A stretch of DNA of 64,000 bases, taken from Azolla caroliniana (taxonomy: Eukaryota > Plantae > Polypodiophyta). Of this stretch, positions 38,423 through 50,548 are shown piece by piece. The stretch is from the NCBI GenBank assembly GCA_043228905.1, contig JBHGNT010000018.1, positions 13,516,001-13,580,000 of the forward strand, written 5' to 3'. The notes beneath the pieces are model-generated. The model saw nothing but the letters and a program-made list of their open reading frames with translations. It made no database searches and was not told where the DNA came from. Made by a program: the position numbers and the translations under genes. Every line of letters begins with the position of its first letter. Position 1 is the stretch's first letter.

Positions 38423-41344
38423 TCATGAAAGACATGTAAGAAAACATTTGTTGGATTTGGTACATATAGATGTATGGGGACCAACAAAGAATGCATCAAT
38501 TAATGGATGTAAGTTTTATGTAACATTTATTGATGATTGCTCAAGGAAAACATGGGTTTATTTCATGAAAGAGAAAAGTGAAGTATTTGATTGCTTCCGT
38601 AAGTTAAAATGCATGGTAGAAAAGCAGGCTAGAACTAGAATAAAGTGTTTAAGATTTGATGGAGGAGAATATTTCTCAAATGAATTTTGTTAATTTTCTA
38701 TGTAATCAAGGAATAAGGAGATAGTTTACATGTAGATATACTCCACAACAAAATGGAGTTGCTGAGAGAAAAAACAAAACTCTGATGAACATAGCAAGAG
38801 CCATGATGACTAAAAAAAATATGTCATTGTATTATTGGACATAAGCTGTAAACACAGCAAACTTTATTCTAAAGAGATGTATAACATCTGGAGTACATGA
38901 AGTAACTCCTGAAGAATGTTTCTATGGAAAGAAACCTAGTTTAGGACACTTAAAAGTGTTTGGATGCCTTGCCTATGTCCATGTACTTGATGAAGTAAGA
39001 AGTAAGCTTGATCCAAAAGCTGAAAAATGTGCTCTTGTTGGATATTCAGAGGAGCAAAAAGGGTATAGATGTTATAACCCGTTGACAAAAAAGATTGTGG
39101 TAAGCCGTGATGTAATATTTGATGAGTTGGGTAGTTGGTACAACCCAAAAGAAAATGTAGAAATTGATAAAGACTGTGAAAATGAAGACACGGACAAATC
39201 TGAAAAAGGAAGAGATTGCCATAGAGATGGAAACAATGTTGGAGAGCAAAGTTCAACATCAATAGAATGTTTCAGACCGTCTAAAACCTCTGGTAGTAAA
39301 TCTGATTCAAATGCATGGAGTGGAAAAAATGCAAGACACAAAAAATATGATGATAGAAAGGGAAAACAGAAGATGCCAGAATATGAAATTCAGATACATC
39401 ATTGTATAATGAGCTTGGTATAGGATCCTTGAAAATTCCTGGTATGGAAAAGGCAATGAAAGATGCAAATCTAAAACTGAGAAGATCATATAGAGAGAAA
39501 GAGACAGTTGAAAGATTTGGTTATGATACATACATGGCTATGCATTACGCATACATGTATAAAGGGGTAAAAATCCCTAATCCAAATAATTTCGATGAAG
39601 CAAAATCTAATAAGAAATGGGTGAATGCAATGCAAGAAGAAATAGATGCATTGGCTAAAAACAGAACATGGGTCTACAAAAAGAAAACAAATGTTGTAGG
39701 TTGCAAATGGGTCTACAAAACAAAGCATGATTGTAATGGGAATGTAAGTAGGCATAAAGCAAGACTTGTTGCAAAGGGATATGCCCAAATGCAAGAAATT
39801 GATTATGATGAAACTTTTGCACCGGTTGCAAAGATGATAACATTGAGGACACTACTTGATATGAGTGCAGCCAGAAGATGGGTTTTGCACAATATGGATG
39901 TAAAAAATGCTTTTTTACATGGTAACTTGGAAGAGAAAGTATACATGTGTCAACCACCAGGTTTTGAAGATAAGAAGCATCCAAAATATGTTTGTAAGCT
40001 AAAAAAGGCTCTCTATGGACTGAAACAAGCATCGAGTGAATGACGTAAAGAACTTTTAGAATCTCTTAAAAAATTTGCCTTCAAAATGTCAAAAGTTGAT
40101 CCTTCATTGTTATTATCTTCATTGTATGTAAAGAAGATAAATGATTGCATTGTTATTATCTTGATATATGTAGATGATTTCATCATTGGAGGTGATTCTA
40201 TGGATGAAATAAGGAAGCTGAAAAAAATCTTGAAATGCAATCTTTCTTGGCATTGAGATGATCAGATCTTAAAGTGGTATATATATGTTGCAAAAACAAT
40301 ATGCAATAACTATGGTGGGCAAATAGAAGATGTAAACATGTACATGTCTATGGTGGGAGCCTCATATATTTGACTATAACAAGGCCTGATTTGAGTTATG
40401 CAGTTGGATTAGTCAGCCAGTTTATGCAACAACCAACAAAGCCACACTTGGACTGTTGTATGTAAGTACAAATAAACAAGTTGCTGATATTCTTACGAAG
40501 GGACTGAGCATAGAAAAACATACACAGTTTTGGGACATGATGGCAGTTATAACCATTGGTATGACAATTGAAAAGCATGAAGGAAAGAAGACTGAAGATG
40601 ATCTCAAGAAAGGATAAGTTGAGCTTTAGGGGGAGTGTGGAGAAACAAGCTCAACAAAAGCATATGATGCATATTGGTCAGTGAGATCTCCTATAGTAGC
40701 TATTAGGAAATTAGCTACTATTGGACATAAAGGTGAAACAACTATTTAGCTATTGACAACTATTTAGCTACTGACAGCTAATTAGCCGCATATGTAAGTG
40801 ATTTGGGTAAAAGCATGCGAGTGGAAACACTATTATAGCTAGTTAGCTACTAAAATGGCCATAGCTAATTAGCTATTTGTTTAGCTAGTCTTTTTTGTGG
40901 GAAAATCAAATATTTGAAAAACTAATTTATGAAAAAACTCAAATATTTGAACTTCTGTTTCAAACGTAGTGGAACTTGGGGAATAGCACCATCATCTAAG
41001 GTCGACTTCAATGTCATCAATTTCCTGTTTAGCCTAAGTCTGATTTTGAACGCAGATGGAGTACTCAGAGCACGAACGTAGGCGTAGCTCTCGCAACAGC
41101 AGAAAATCGACATTGCAGATTGAGAGCTACAACACAGAACCCGCTCGATCATCGTCCAGGTATGTTTCATTTACAGAAACCCCAGACATTTGTTTTTTCT
41201 TTTTGACTACTGTCTGAACTTTGGTGCCGATTCATATTTCCCCAAAATCGAATAGGGCGAAGTCCTTGGAGTCCCATACAAGGATGTCTCGCAACAGGTG
41301 TGTTTATATTACTTTTTTTGTGTTTAATCCTGTCTTTAGTGATG

Positions 41345-41870
41345 AATGGGGTTTCTGATTGAAATTTTTGATTAGGGTTTTTGTTTATAAATTTCTGATT
41401 AGAATTTTTGATTAGGGTTTGTGATTGAAATTTTTTATTAGGGTTTCTGATTGAAATTTTTGATTAGGGTTTTTGATTATAAATTTCTGATTAGAATTTC
41501 TGAATAGGGTTTCTGGTTACAAATTTTGATTACAGTTTAGAATTTCTGAATAGGGTTTTTGTTTAGGATTTCTGATTAGGGTTTGTGATTGAAATTTCTG
41601 ATTAGGGTTTCTGATTGAAATTTTTGATTAGGGTTTTTGATTATAAATTTTTTATTAGAATTTCCGAATAAGGTTTCTGGTTACAAACTTCTGATTATAG
41701 ATTTTGATTAGGGTTTCTGATTTCAAACTTCTGATTACAGATTTTGATTAGGGTTTCTGATTTCAAATTTCTGAATACAAATTATGATTAGGGATTCTGA
41801 TTTGCTAAGTTAAAGATTTTGCACCATTTTTGTTGTTGTTGATTGGGGTTTCTGATTCACATATTCTGAT
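41345..41870. repeat. Intronic telobox-like degenerate array (tgattagggtttctgatt...)
   Basis: About 10 TTAGGGTTT cores within the predicted intron 41298-41906. Confidence 0.85.
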
Positions 41871-43244
41871 TTTGCACTATTTCTGATTTCTGAAATGATA
41901 TTTCAGATGGCTCGTTCCTTCGTATACGAGAGTGCTAAACTTCGCAAAATTTTGCGAGACAAAGGAGGACTTCCACAACATCTATGGTCTGTCATTCGAG
42001 GGTGTTGACCCTGCTGTCCTAAGTGATAAATTGATCAGTGATGTAGACTGGATGACAGTATATACAGTGCCTAGAGTCAAAGGCAAGGTCAAGCTGAAGC
42101 ATGTACGAGCCGACTTGTACGATGACTGCATGAGACTGCACTAGAAAGTTCAGCAGGAGATCCCAGTCAACAATGAGTTGTCAGTTTCATTTGCTAGAGC
42201 ATTTGCATATGAGTACTGCAAAACAACGAAGGAATCCAGAGACCCTGAAATGTATAGGGTAGCTTGGGCAATCTATGGTGAGGCATCGGTAAAAAGATGC
42301 TGAAAGATGGGGACCTTGGCACAAAAAATAGACAGATTTTGGAGCATGGCAGCTGTTGATGCAACTGCCGACTCCCAACAAGACTGGGGGGCATACACCA
42401 CACCGACACCCAAGGAAAGCCAATGTCGATGATACAGGTGAGACATTGGTTAGCTATATGCAGAAAAATGTCCATGAAGCTTGTGAGACATTGGCATTTT
42501 TTAAGACTGATTTAGAGAAAGCCAAAATGGCTTCTGCAATGGAGAGCAAAGTTACTTCCGCTGTTACAACGATTAGAAATAAGATTCAGGTAACTATTGT
42601 TTTGTTGGTATGTGATTGTGTTTTAAATAACTTTAAGGGTAAAATGTGCTAATCAAGCATTATCTGGAATAGGTTGCGCAACAGGAGCTTGAATTAGAGG
42701 GGCCACTGGATCCCCAACGTAAAATACAACTGCAAATAGAGATCCAGGTTCTTTCAATGAACCTGGACCTTCTAGGTGTAAATACTATTGCAGATTACAA
42801 TTTGGATAAGCTTCAAGTAAGTTAACGATTCCTGACCAAAGTTGGTGTATCTTTCAACAACGGGAATAATTAATCAGTAAATTTCTCTGTTGCGTTGAAG
42901 GAACAATACATTAGTCAAGAACAGGTAGTTAGTTGCCTTAAGAAGCAGCTACATTTTGTGGAGGGAATGGTAAGGACCAGACAGGATTTGGACCTGAACA
43001 TTCTTGCTCCCTTACCAAATGAAGCAGAACCAGAAAATGATTTATTGACAGTTCAAGCACGTTGCATCGCTTGCGGGTTAGGTGTGGAGGACAAAACTGC
43101 GTCTTTGTTGGTTCACCTACAACCATGCAACCACACATACCATCTGCTTTGTTTTCAAAATGCCTGTCGAATTGTTGCATTCTGTTTGGGAGATTGCAGT
43201 ACAACTCTACCAAATGAGTGGAGAAAACTAACAGGTATACCATA

Positions 43245-44740
43245 CTGTAGCTAATAAGCTTAGTCTTTTCTAATTAGCTATCCTATTAGCTAATTAGCTA
43301 CTGGCAGCTAATGAGGTACTGGCAGCTAATGAGCTACAAGCTAATTAGCTATCCTAGTAGCTAATTAGCTACTGGCAGCTAATGAGGTACTGGCAGCTAA
43401 TGAGCTACTAGCTAATTAGCTATCCTAGTAGCTAATTAGCTATGGTACTAGCTAATTAGCTACTGGCAGCTAATGAGGTACTGGCAGCTAATGAGCTACT
43501 AGCTAATTAGCTATCCTAGTAGCTAATTAGCTATGGTACTAGCTAATTAGCTATGGTACTAGCTAATTAGCTAGTACCATAGTTGTGTAAAAAAGCTAAT
43601 TAGCTATCCTACTACCTAATTAGCTACTGGCAACTAATTAGGTATTCTAGTAGCTAATTAGCTATCCTAGTAGCTAATTAGCTATCCTAGTAGCTAATTA
43701 GATATCCTACTAGCTAATTAGCTACTGCCATAGTTGTGTAAAGTAGCTAATAAGCTATCCTAGTAGCTAATTAACTACTAGCAGCTAATTAGCTAGTAGG
43801 ATAGCTAATTAGCTATGGTACTAGCTAATTAGCTAGTACAATAGTTGTGTAAAAAAGCTAATTAGCTATCCTACTAGCTAATTAGCTACTGGCAACTAGT
43901 TATCTATCCTACTAGCTAATTAGCTATCCTAGTAGCTAATTAGCTACTGGCAACTAATTAGTTATCCTACTAGCTAATTAGCTATCATAGTAGCTAATTA
44001 GCTACTGCCATAGTTGTGTAAAGTAGCTAATTAGCTATCCTAGCTACTACATAGTTGAGAAAGTAGCTAATTAGCTATCATTGTAGCTAATTGGCTATCC
44101 TACTAGCTAATTAGCTATCCTAGCTACTACCATAGTTAGTAAAGTAGCTAATTAGCTATCCTAGCTACTACCATAGCTGAGTAAAGTAACTAATTAATTA
44201 GCTATCCTAGCTACTACCATAGTTGAGTAAAGTAGCTAATTAATTAGCTATCCTAGCTACTACCATAGTTGAGTAAAGTAGCTAATTAATTAGCTATCCT
44301 AGCTACTACCATAGTTGAGTAAAGTAGCTAATTAATTAGCTATCCGAGCTACTACCATAGTTGAGTAAAGTAGCTAATTAATTAGCTATCCTAAGATACT
44401 ACCATAGTTGAGTAAAGTAGCTAATTAATTAGCTATCCTAAGCTACTACCATAGTTGAGTAAAGTAGCTAATTAGCTACCATATAGCTAATTAGCTATCC
44501 TAGCTACTACCATAGTTGAGTAAAGTAGCTAATTAGCTACCATAGTAGCTAATTAGCTACCATAGTAGCTAATTAGCTATCGTACTAGCTAATTAGCTAT
44601 CCTAATTAGCAATCGTACTAGCTAATTAGCTATCCTAATTAGCAATCGTACTAGCTAATTAGCTATCGTACTAGCTAATTAGCTATCCTAGCTTCTACCA
44701 TAGTTTAGTAAAGTAGCTAATTAGCTATCCTAAATAGCTG
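43245..44740. repeat. Array of palindromic TAGCTAATTAGCTA-based units within predicted intron 43235-44754
   Basis: Dozens of copies in ~20-42 bp higher-order units. Confidence 0.95.
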
Positions 44741-45537
44741 CCATGTTATTGTAGAATCTTGTGGATTAAGGACGGCACATGATGTGTCTAGTGCTGATGA
44801 CGCTGCAACAGATGAGGATACTACTGCAATGTGGCTGAAAGTAAGAGTCCTGCTATCACATCTCCTTCAGATCAGCTCCACCCTATTCTTTTGGAACAGT
44901 GTACTGAATTAGGCAACGATGTGAAATGCCATGAAATAGTGGAAACAACATGTAAAACTGAGGTTCACAACAACAGTGTTTATGAACACTTGATGCAACA
45001 TTTCTTCGAATCTCAAGACCTTGATTCCACCCCACCGAGCCCAACTACTGAAAATGTCCAAACAGATCCCTCTGTACTTGAAAAGCTAGTTCAAGAAACG
45101 GCTGATGTGCAATTAGCTGCTGAGGCGATGGGAAGGTTGTCGGAGGAGGACACACTTGCGCATTGGGTGAAAGAAGCAAGGCTAAATGGGGAACCGACTA
45201 GAAAAAGGCTGAAGAAGGGGCCACGATCGGGAACAAGACCAGTTACTCGGTCAAGGGGCCCAAACATACTGGAGCGAAATACTGTTTAGTTGGATATGAT
45301 TGTTAGCTTAGGGATTTTGCTAGGGTTTTATGAAGTTTTACTATCCTGTTGGACAAGTAAAAGCTCAGATTGGTTGTTGCTTGACCACATTATGTAATGG
45401 AACTCTATGATGTTTTTCCAAGATAATTTGAAGAGTGTTGTTCTATGACTGAAACTCTTTGATGTTCAGGATGTTGTTTTGTGAGACTGTTAGTTACTTT
45501 GTGAGTGTGAATATGTTGGTGTTTTCTGATGTTGCAG

Positions 45538-46513
45538 AGTCTAAAGGGTTTGATTCTATTGCTGGTAAGGCCAATGACAGTGTGGATACTGTTGATGTTG
45601 CGGCATGTTTAAAGGGCCCCATCTTGAAAGTAGATGTAGCAACTGACACAAGTGATCTGGTCACACAAGTTGATCAAGCATGTTGCACAGATGACTTGGT
45701 GTTGCACGTAGATGCAACATGTGATACCAGTGGACTGATATCGAGCAGATCAGTAGCTACATGCACCGAGGTAATCCAAGGATTGATAACTAAATCGACA
45801 AAACAAGAGCACCAGAATGTGAAGCTAGGCCCATCACAGTCGACTAGGGGTTTGAAGAGGAACAGGACGCCAGTTGTGTCGGCCGAACCTGAGCTGATTG
45901 AGATTGATCGTATCCTACCAGAAAATGGTGTAACAACGGCTCAATTTCAGGAATGGAAACCTAAACCACTAGAAGTCGAAAGAAGGGCCTTGATCTTGGA
46001 GCTTGATAAAGTCTTGATGAGTGTGAGATATATGCAGCCAAGGAGGGACGCGAATCAGTTTCTAGAGTGGGTTGTGCAATACTTTGATTTGTTTATTTGG
46101 AGTGAAAAACCAAAATAAGATGTGTGGAAGTGTTTGGCAAGATTCTTCCCAAAATGGCGAAGTCGTTTTAAAGGTCAATGGGCACGAGAAAATTGTGAGC
46201 AAATGGAAGCTGCAAGATTCAAGAGACTTTCTGATTTTTGGGCTACTTGGCCTGAATATAATGCCGACAATACATTGATTTTAGATACAGAACATTTCTG
46301 GCACTACTTCAATATTCGGAGGTGCTGTCTCATTCTACCCGAGGAAATGCCTGAACAGTACCTGGTGCAAACAGTGAGCTGCCAACTAGGTGCATGGTTG
46401 TGAACTCCATACCGAGCTCGATATGCGGATAATATATGTAGACTCGTTCCACTAACTAGCAAAAGCTTAGCTGTTTATAGGAGATTTGTAGACATTTCCA
46501 ATGGTAATTTATA
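45538..46513 (+). pseudogene. Exon or ORF ending in an FCP1/SCP (NIF) HAD phosphatase-like domain; in-frame stops at 46116 and 46401
   Basis: ALILELDKVL...RRDANQFLEWVVQYFDLFIWS...WARENC...KRLSDFW..WPEYNADNTLILD...N...LILP follows the NIF motif order. ORFs 45459-46118 and 46122-46403 share one frame. Confidence 0.62.
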
Positions 46514-46840
46514 AATATGTAACGAGATGACATTATTCAATGAAGAATTTAATTACTTGTTCCCACTGTACTTATCTACTGTGTAATTTGAGGAATATGT
46601 TGCAGATTGTTGATTTCATGCTATTGATGACTATTTAGCTATTGACAGCTAATTAGCTGCTGATGACTATTTCGCTATAACTTATAACTTAAAACTTCAC
46701 AAAAAAGACATGATTTTATAGAGAAAGAAGCACAGAAAGCAGGCTGTATACAAGAAATTGATTCTCAAACGAATTTTTTTAACTGTTTTCGCGAAATACA
46801 TGTTTGTTTTACAAGAGAACATGGTAAGTGCTACTTGTAG

Positions 46841-49800
46841 CTACAAATTCCATTGCATACTATTGTAAATACATTCATACACATTAGCACCAACAGTGTA
46901 TAAACCTGAGCAGCTATTGTATTCTGACATTGGGACATTGATGCACCTGACCAAATGAGAGTACATGTACGCCGCTAGTTTGTCTTCTAACAGCCTGTAC
47001 ACATATTCGTAGTCATCTAGTTTTGCATAAAAAATGCCTTCAATGTAGAATGTCCTGGCAGATACAAAATTTCCCCATGCATCTACAATATTCTGCCTTG
47101 CACACTGTTTACTAACCGTGCACTTTAATATATAGAAATTAGCACCCTCTGAATTGCTTTCTTCAGCATTTACAACGAAGTTATCCCCAACGTTCAGGAC
47201 ATCACTCAAAGTATCTCCAAGTCCCTCATATGTGAAGTCAGCATTCTGCCCTGTTTCTCCATCAACTGCTTCCTTATCATTCAGAGTGTGATACTCCCAA
47301 TTTTGAATGTATGCTTTGTTTAGACAATATCTCCAATTTCCCTGCACACAATGGAAGCAAAAACAAGTCAATTCTCTAACCGCAATACAATGACCATCCA
47401 ACCTGGAATAACCGCGAACAGCATGCAGAGATCGCAATTCGGGAATTCCTTGGCACTCCCAGGTCTTCTCCCTATTTACTTCATCTATCTTCACTTCCCA
47501 AAATTCACGTTTGATATCTCAGACTTGCGAGGAATAAACACCTGTGGCACTTGTTGACATATTTGTTCTTAAAAATTCAACTACATGTGATGCACAATTC
47601 ATGTGCACACCATCTGTCTTTAGTTGTTCATGGGTAAATGCCCGCTTTATAACAGCCCCTGCACCATCATGTTCACCTTTACCATGGCCAGACCCAAAAA
47701 AAATCCATCTCATCTCCAAACCTGTTATGGCAGGATACCTCCCCACAAAATAAAATGGACGTCGAGCCTTGAATTGTGACGCAGCTCCGTCAGACCAGAC
47801 CCAATGTTGAGTAAGCTCCAAACGTTGAGCTAATAACCACTGCCAATGTAACTTAAAACAATGTTGGATGAACAAGGTATCATGCTTCTTATCATCGGAA
47901 ATAAAGAAATGAATTACTTTTTTAACATCACCTGAAACTCGAAAATATGTTATGTGCACAAAAATGGTTACCTCCACTGAACACCAATGCATAGATTGAA
48001 TTTCATTTTGCTGCTTGAAAGTATAATTCTCTGCGAAATCTACTACTGAAACTACTACATCATTTGGGAAATCAGATATGCAAGTCTTAAACTGATGGGC
48101 CTGCCATGAATAAATGAAATTGTGTTTAATGAACTTTCCTAGAGATACTACAAACAGAGACACCAAATCCCTTGGTTTAAGCATCTTCCGAACTAGATTC
48201 TTTCTTTTACACACCTTTCCTTCAAAATTGGTGTTCACTGACTCAAAGAACTGCACAGAGATCAATATTTCACTACTCAATTCATTTGGACACCACCTAA
48301 ATCTAGTAGGGTCACAATCTTGACATAAACCCATGACACATTTATGAATATAGAAGATAGCGTCAGTTTCTCTCGGACACAATATTGAATCTAATAAATA
48401 ACTCATGGAAGAGATAACGTGCTCAGATGATTTACACTCCTCTTGCGGGCTTGATTGACAGATTGGGCACCCACATGTGCAAACTGTATTAGTTAGGGAT
48501 GCGCTATGATGACATAGTAGATTAACAGAGTAGCTAATTAGCTATCATGGTAGCTAATTAGCTGTCCTAGTAGCTAATTAGCTATCATGGTAGCTAATTA
48601 GCTATTCTAGTAGCTAATTAGCTATCATGGTAGCTAATTAGCTGTCCTAGTAGCTAATTAGCTATCATGGTAGCTAATTAGATGGTCTAGTAGCTAATTA
48701 GCTTTCCTAGTAACTAATTAGCTATCATGGTAGCTAATTAGCTGGTTTAGTAGCTAATTAGCTATCATGGTGGCTAATTAGCTGTCCTAGTAACTAATTA
48801 GCTATCATGGTAGCTAATTAGCTGGTCTAGTAGCTAATTAGCTATCATGGTAGCTAATTAGCTGGTCTAGTAGCTAATTAGCTATAATGGTGGCTAATTA
48901 GCTGTCCTAACTAATTAGCTATCATGGTGGCAAATTAGTTGTTCTAGTAGCTAATTAGCTATCACGGTGGCTAATTAGCTATCCTAGTAAGCTAATTAGC
49001 TTTCCTAGTAGCTAATTAGCTGGTAATAACGAAATAACTAACTAGCTACCAGTATAGCTAATTATCTGGTAGTACCTAAATTAGCTATTGAGAATAGCTA
49101 ATTAGCTATCATGGTAGTAGCTATTGAGAGTAGCCAGTTACCTATGTAGTAGCTATCCTAGTAGCTAATTAGCTATCATGGTAGCTAATTAGCTGGTAAT
49201 AACGAAATAGCTAACTAGCTACCATGATAGCTAACTAGTTACCAGTACAGCTAATTATCTGGTAGTACCTAAATTAGCTATTGAGAATAGCTAATTAGCT
49301 ATCATGGTAGTAGCTATTGAGAGTAGCCAGTTACCTATGTAGTAGCTATCCTAGTAGCTAACTGAGGTAAATGTAACTAATAAGCTGATTAGCTTTTCTA
49401 CTAACTGAGCTAATTAACTTTTTGTGTAGAGTCAAAACAAATGTTCAGATAAATGTAAATACCTGAGGTACATCAAGAAGATGAATGAGATGCTCCTCGT
49501 ATTGATTTCTTCCAACACATTTCCTGCATAAATCCTTTTTATTGGGTGAAACCCTACTCTCATTAGTCCAAAACATTGTGATTACATCCTTGATTTCAAA
49601 TGTTATGGGTGTCATTGGCTTAAATCTTGTAGTTAGCTTTAGTAGACTAGTTCCTTCACCCGAGGAAATTATACGGTTCATTGTATTGTACATTGTTTTT
49701 CTACTAACACCAATTACCTTAGATAGCTCACTGATGTTTATATTGTCAACATCACTATTAAGTAACATCATTAGACTAGACCTTTTTAAGACAAGATCAT

Positions 49801-50212
49801 CTTCTTACCTGCTCATGGATACGAAACTATTACGAAGATTATTTACTAAAATAGATGATATTTTTGCATTAAGACCATCACAATCAACTAAGTCCTTTAT
49901 GGATGGATCATTACATATTCCATAAAGTACTACCTTCTTTTCTTCATTGCTGATGTGCTTGGTTTGAACATTGAAATAGTCTACAACCTTTCTCTCTATG
50001 ATGGTAGTCACATTAGTTACATTCTCAGCTAAACTATCCTTACCTTTACTGAGTGTGGCTTTCGTATCTTTCAACAATTGACGATGTTTCCTTTTTTTTT
50101 CTGCCCAATAGTTTCGTATGGCTTGTTGTGTCCTAATAGCATGATCCCTATCCTTATGATCATTGAGGGGTAATTCTAAACACCCTTCTTCTCCTTCCAT
50201 TTGGCTGGACAT
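46841..50212 (-). pseudogene. Sola2 DDD transposase (segments 50212-49463 and ~48530-46841; in-frame stops at 49805 and 47519)
   Basis: Motifs VDFAENY, QNEIQSMHW, ISDDKKHD, WSDGAASQFK, FFGSGHGKGEHDGAGAVIKR and RELTCFCFHC. Donor CAG|GTATTT at 49462. Confidence 0.85.
48530..49400. repeat. Second TAGCTAATTAGCTA array (20-bp units, then a ~150-185 bp duplicated block) in the transposase intron
   Basis: tagctaattagctatcatgg and tagctaattagctgtcctag units in phase. Confidence 0.95.
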
Positions 50213-50548
50213 GTTAAAACCCTAAATTTCCAGAAAAAAAAACAAGTATTTAAGATGGCTATGGGCAGCAACAATACACAAAATATATTCCACAATACAC
50301 AAGATTAGACACAACAATACACAAAATAATCAATAGACAGAAAAGTTATTGCAATCCAAGACCGAACAGTAGAGGATTTCACTCCGTTGGATCGAACAGT
50401 TGAGGAGGCGATCCAAGACTGACCAATGGCGACAACTGAGTGTAGAATGTTGCCGTTGGATGAGTGAACTCCGTCAAATCGAAATGTGGAAGCAATCCGG
50501 GACTGGACAATAGCGGCAACTGAGTATAGAATGATGGCAATGGAGGAA

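Larger units (their letters stand above)
41284..45289 (+). pseudogene. Multi-exon accessory gene of the Sola2 element (unknown N-terminal domain, coiled coil, RING-H2-like finger, acidic tail); decayed
   Basis: Predicted exons 41284-41297, 41907-42589, 42673-42816, 42901-43234 and 44755 onward, all GT-AG. The first three junctions keep the frame (MSRNR|WLVP, KIQ|VAQ, KLQ|EQY). Finger CIAC-x17-CNHTYHLLC-x10-CLGDC. Stops and frameshifts occur in exons 2 and 5. Confidence 0.68.

Noticed and set aside
41345-41870. True or interstitial telomere
   Set aside because: There are no contiguous (TTTAGGG)n runs. The cores are dispersed inside a predicted intron.
41284-46513. Resident host gene
   Set aside because: It lies between TIRs with a verified TSD inside a retrotransposon LTR, so it arrived with the transposon.
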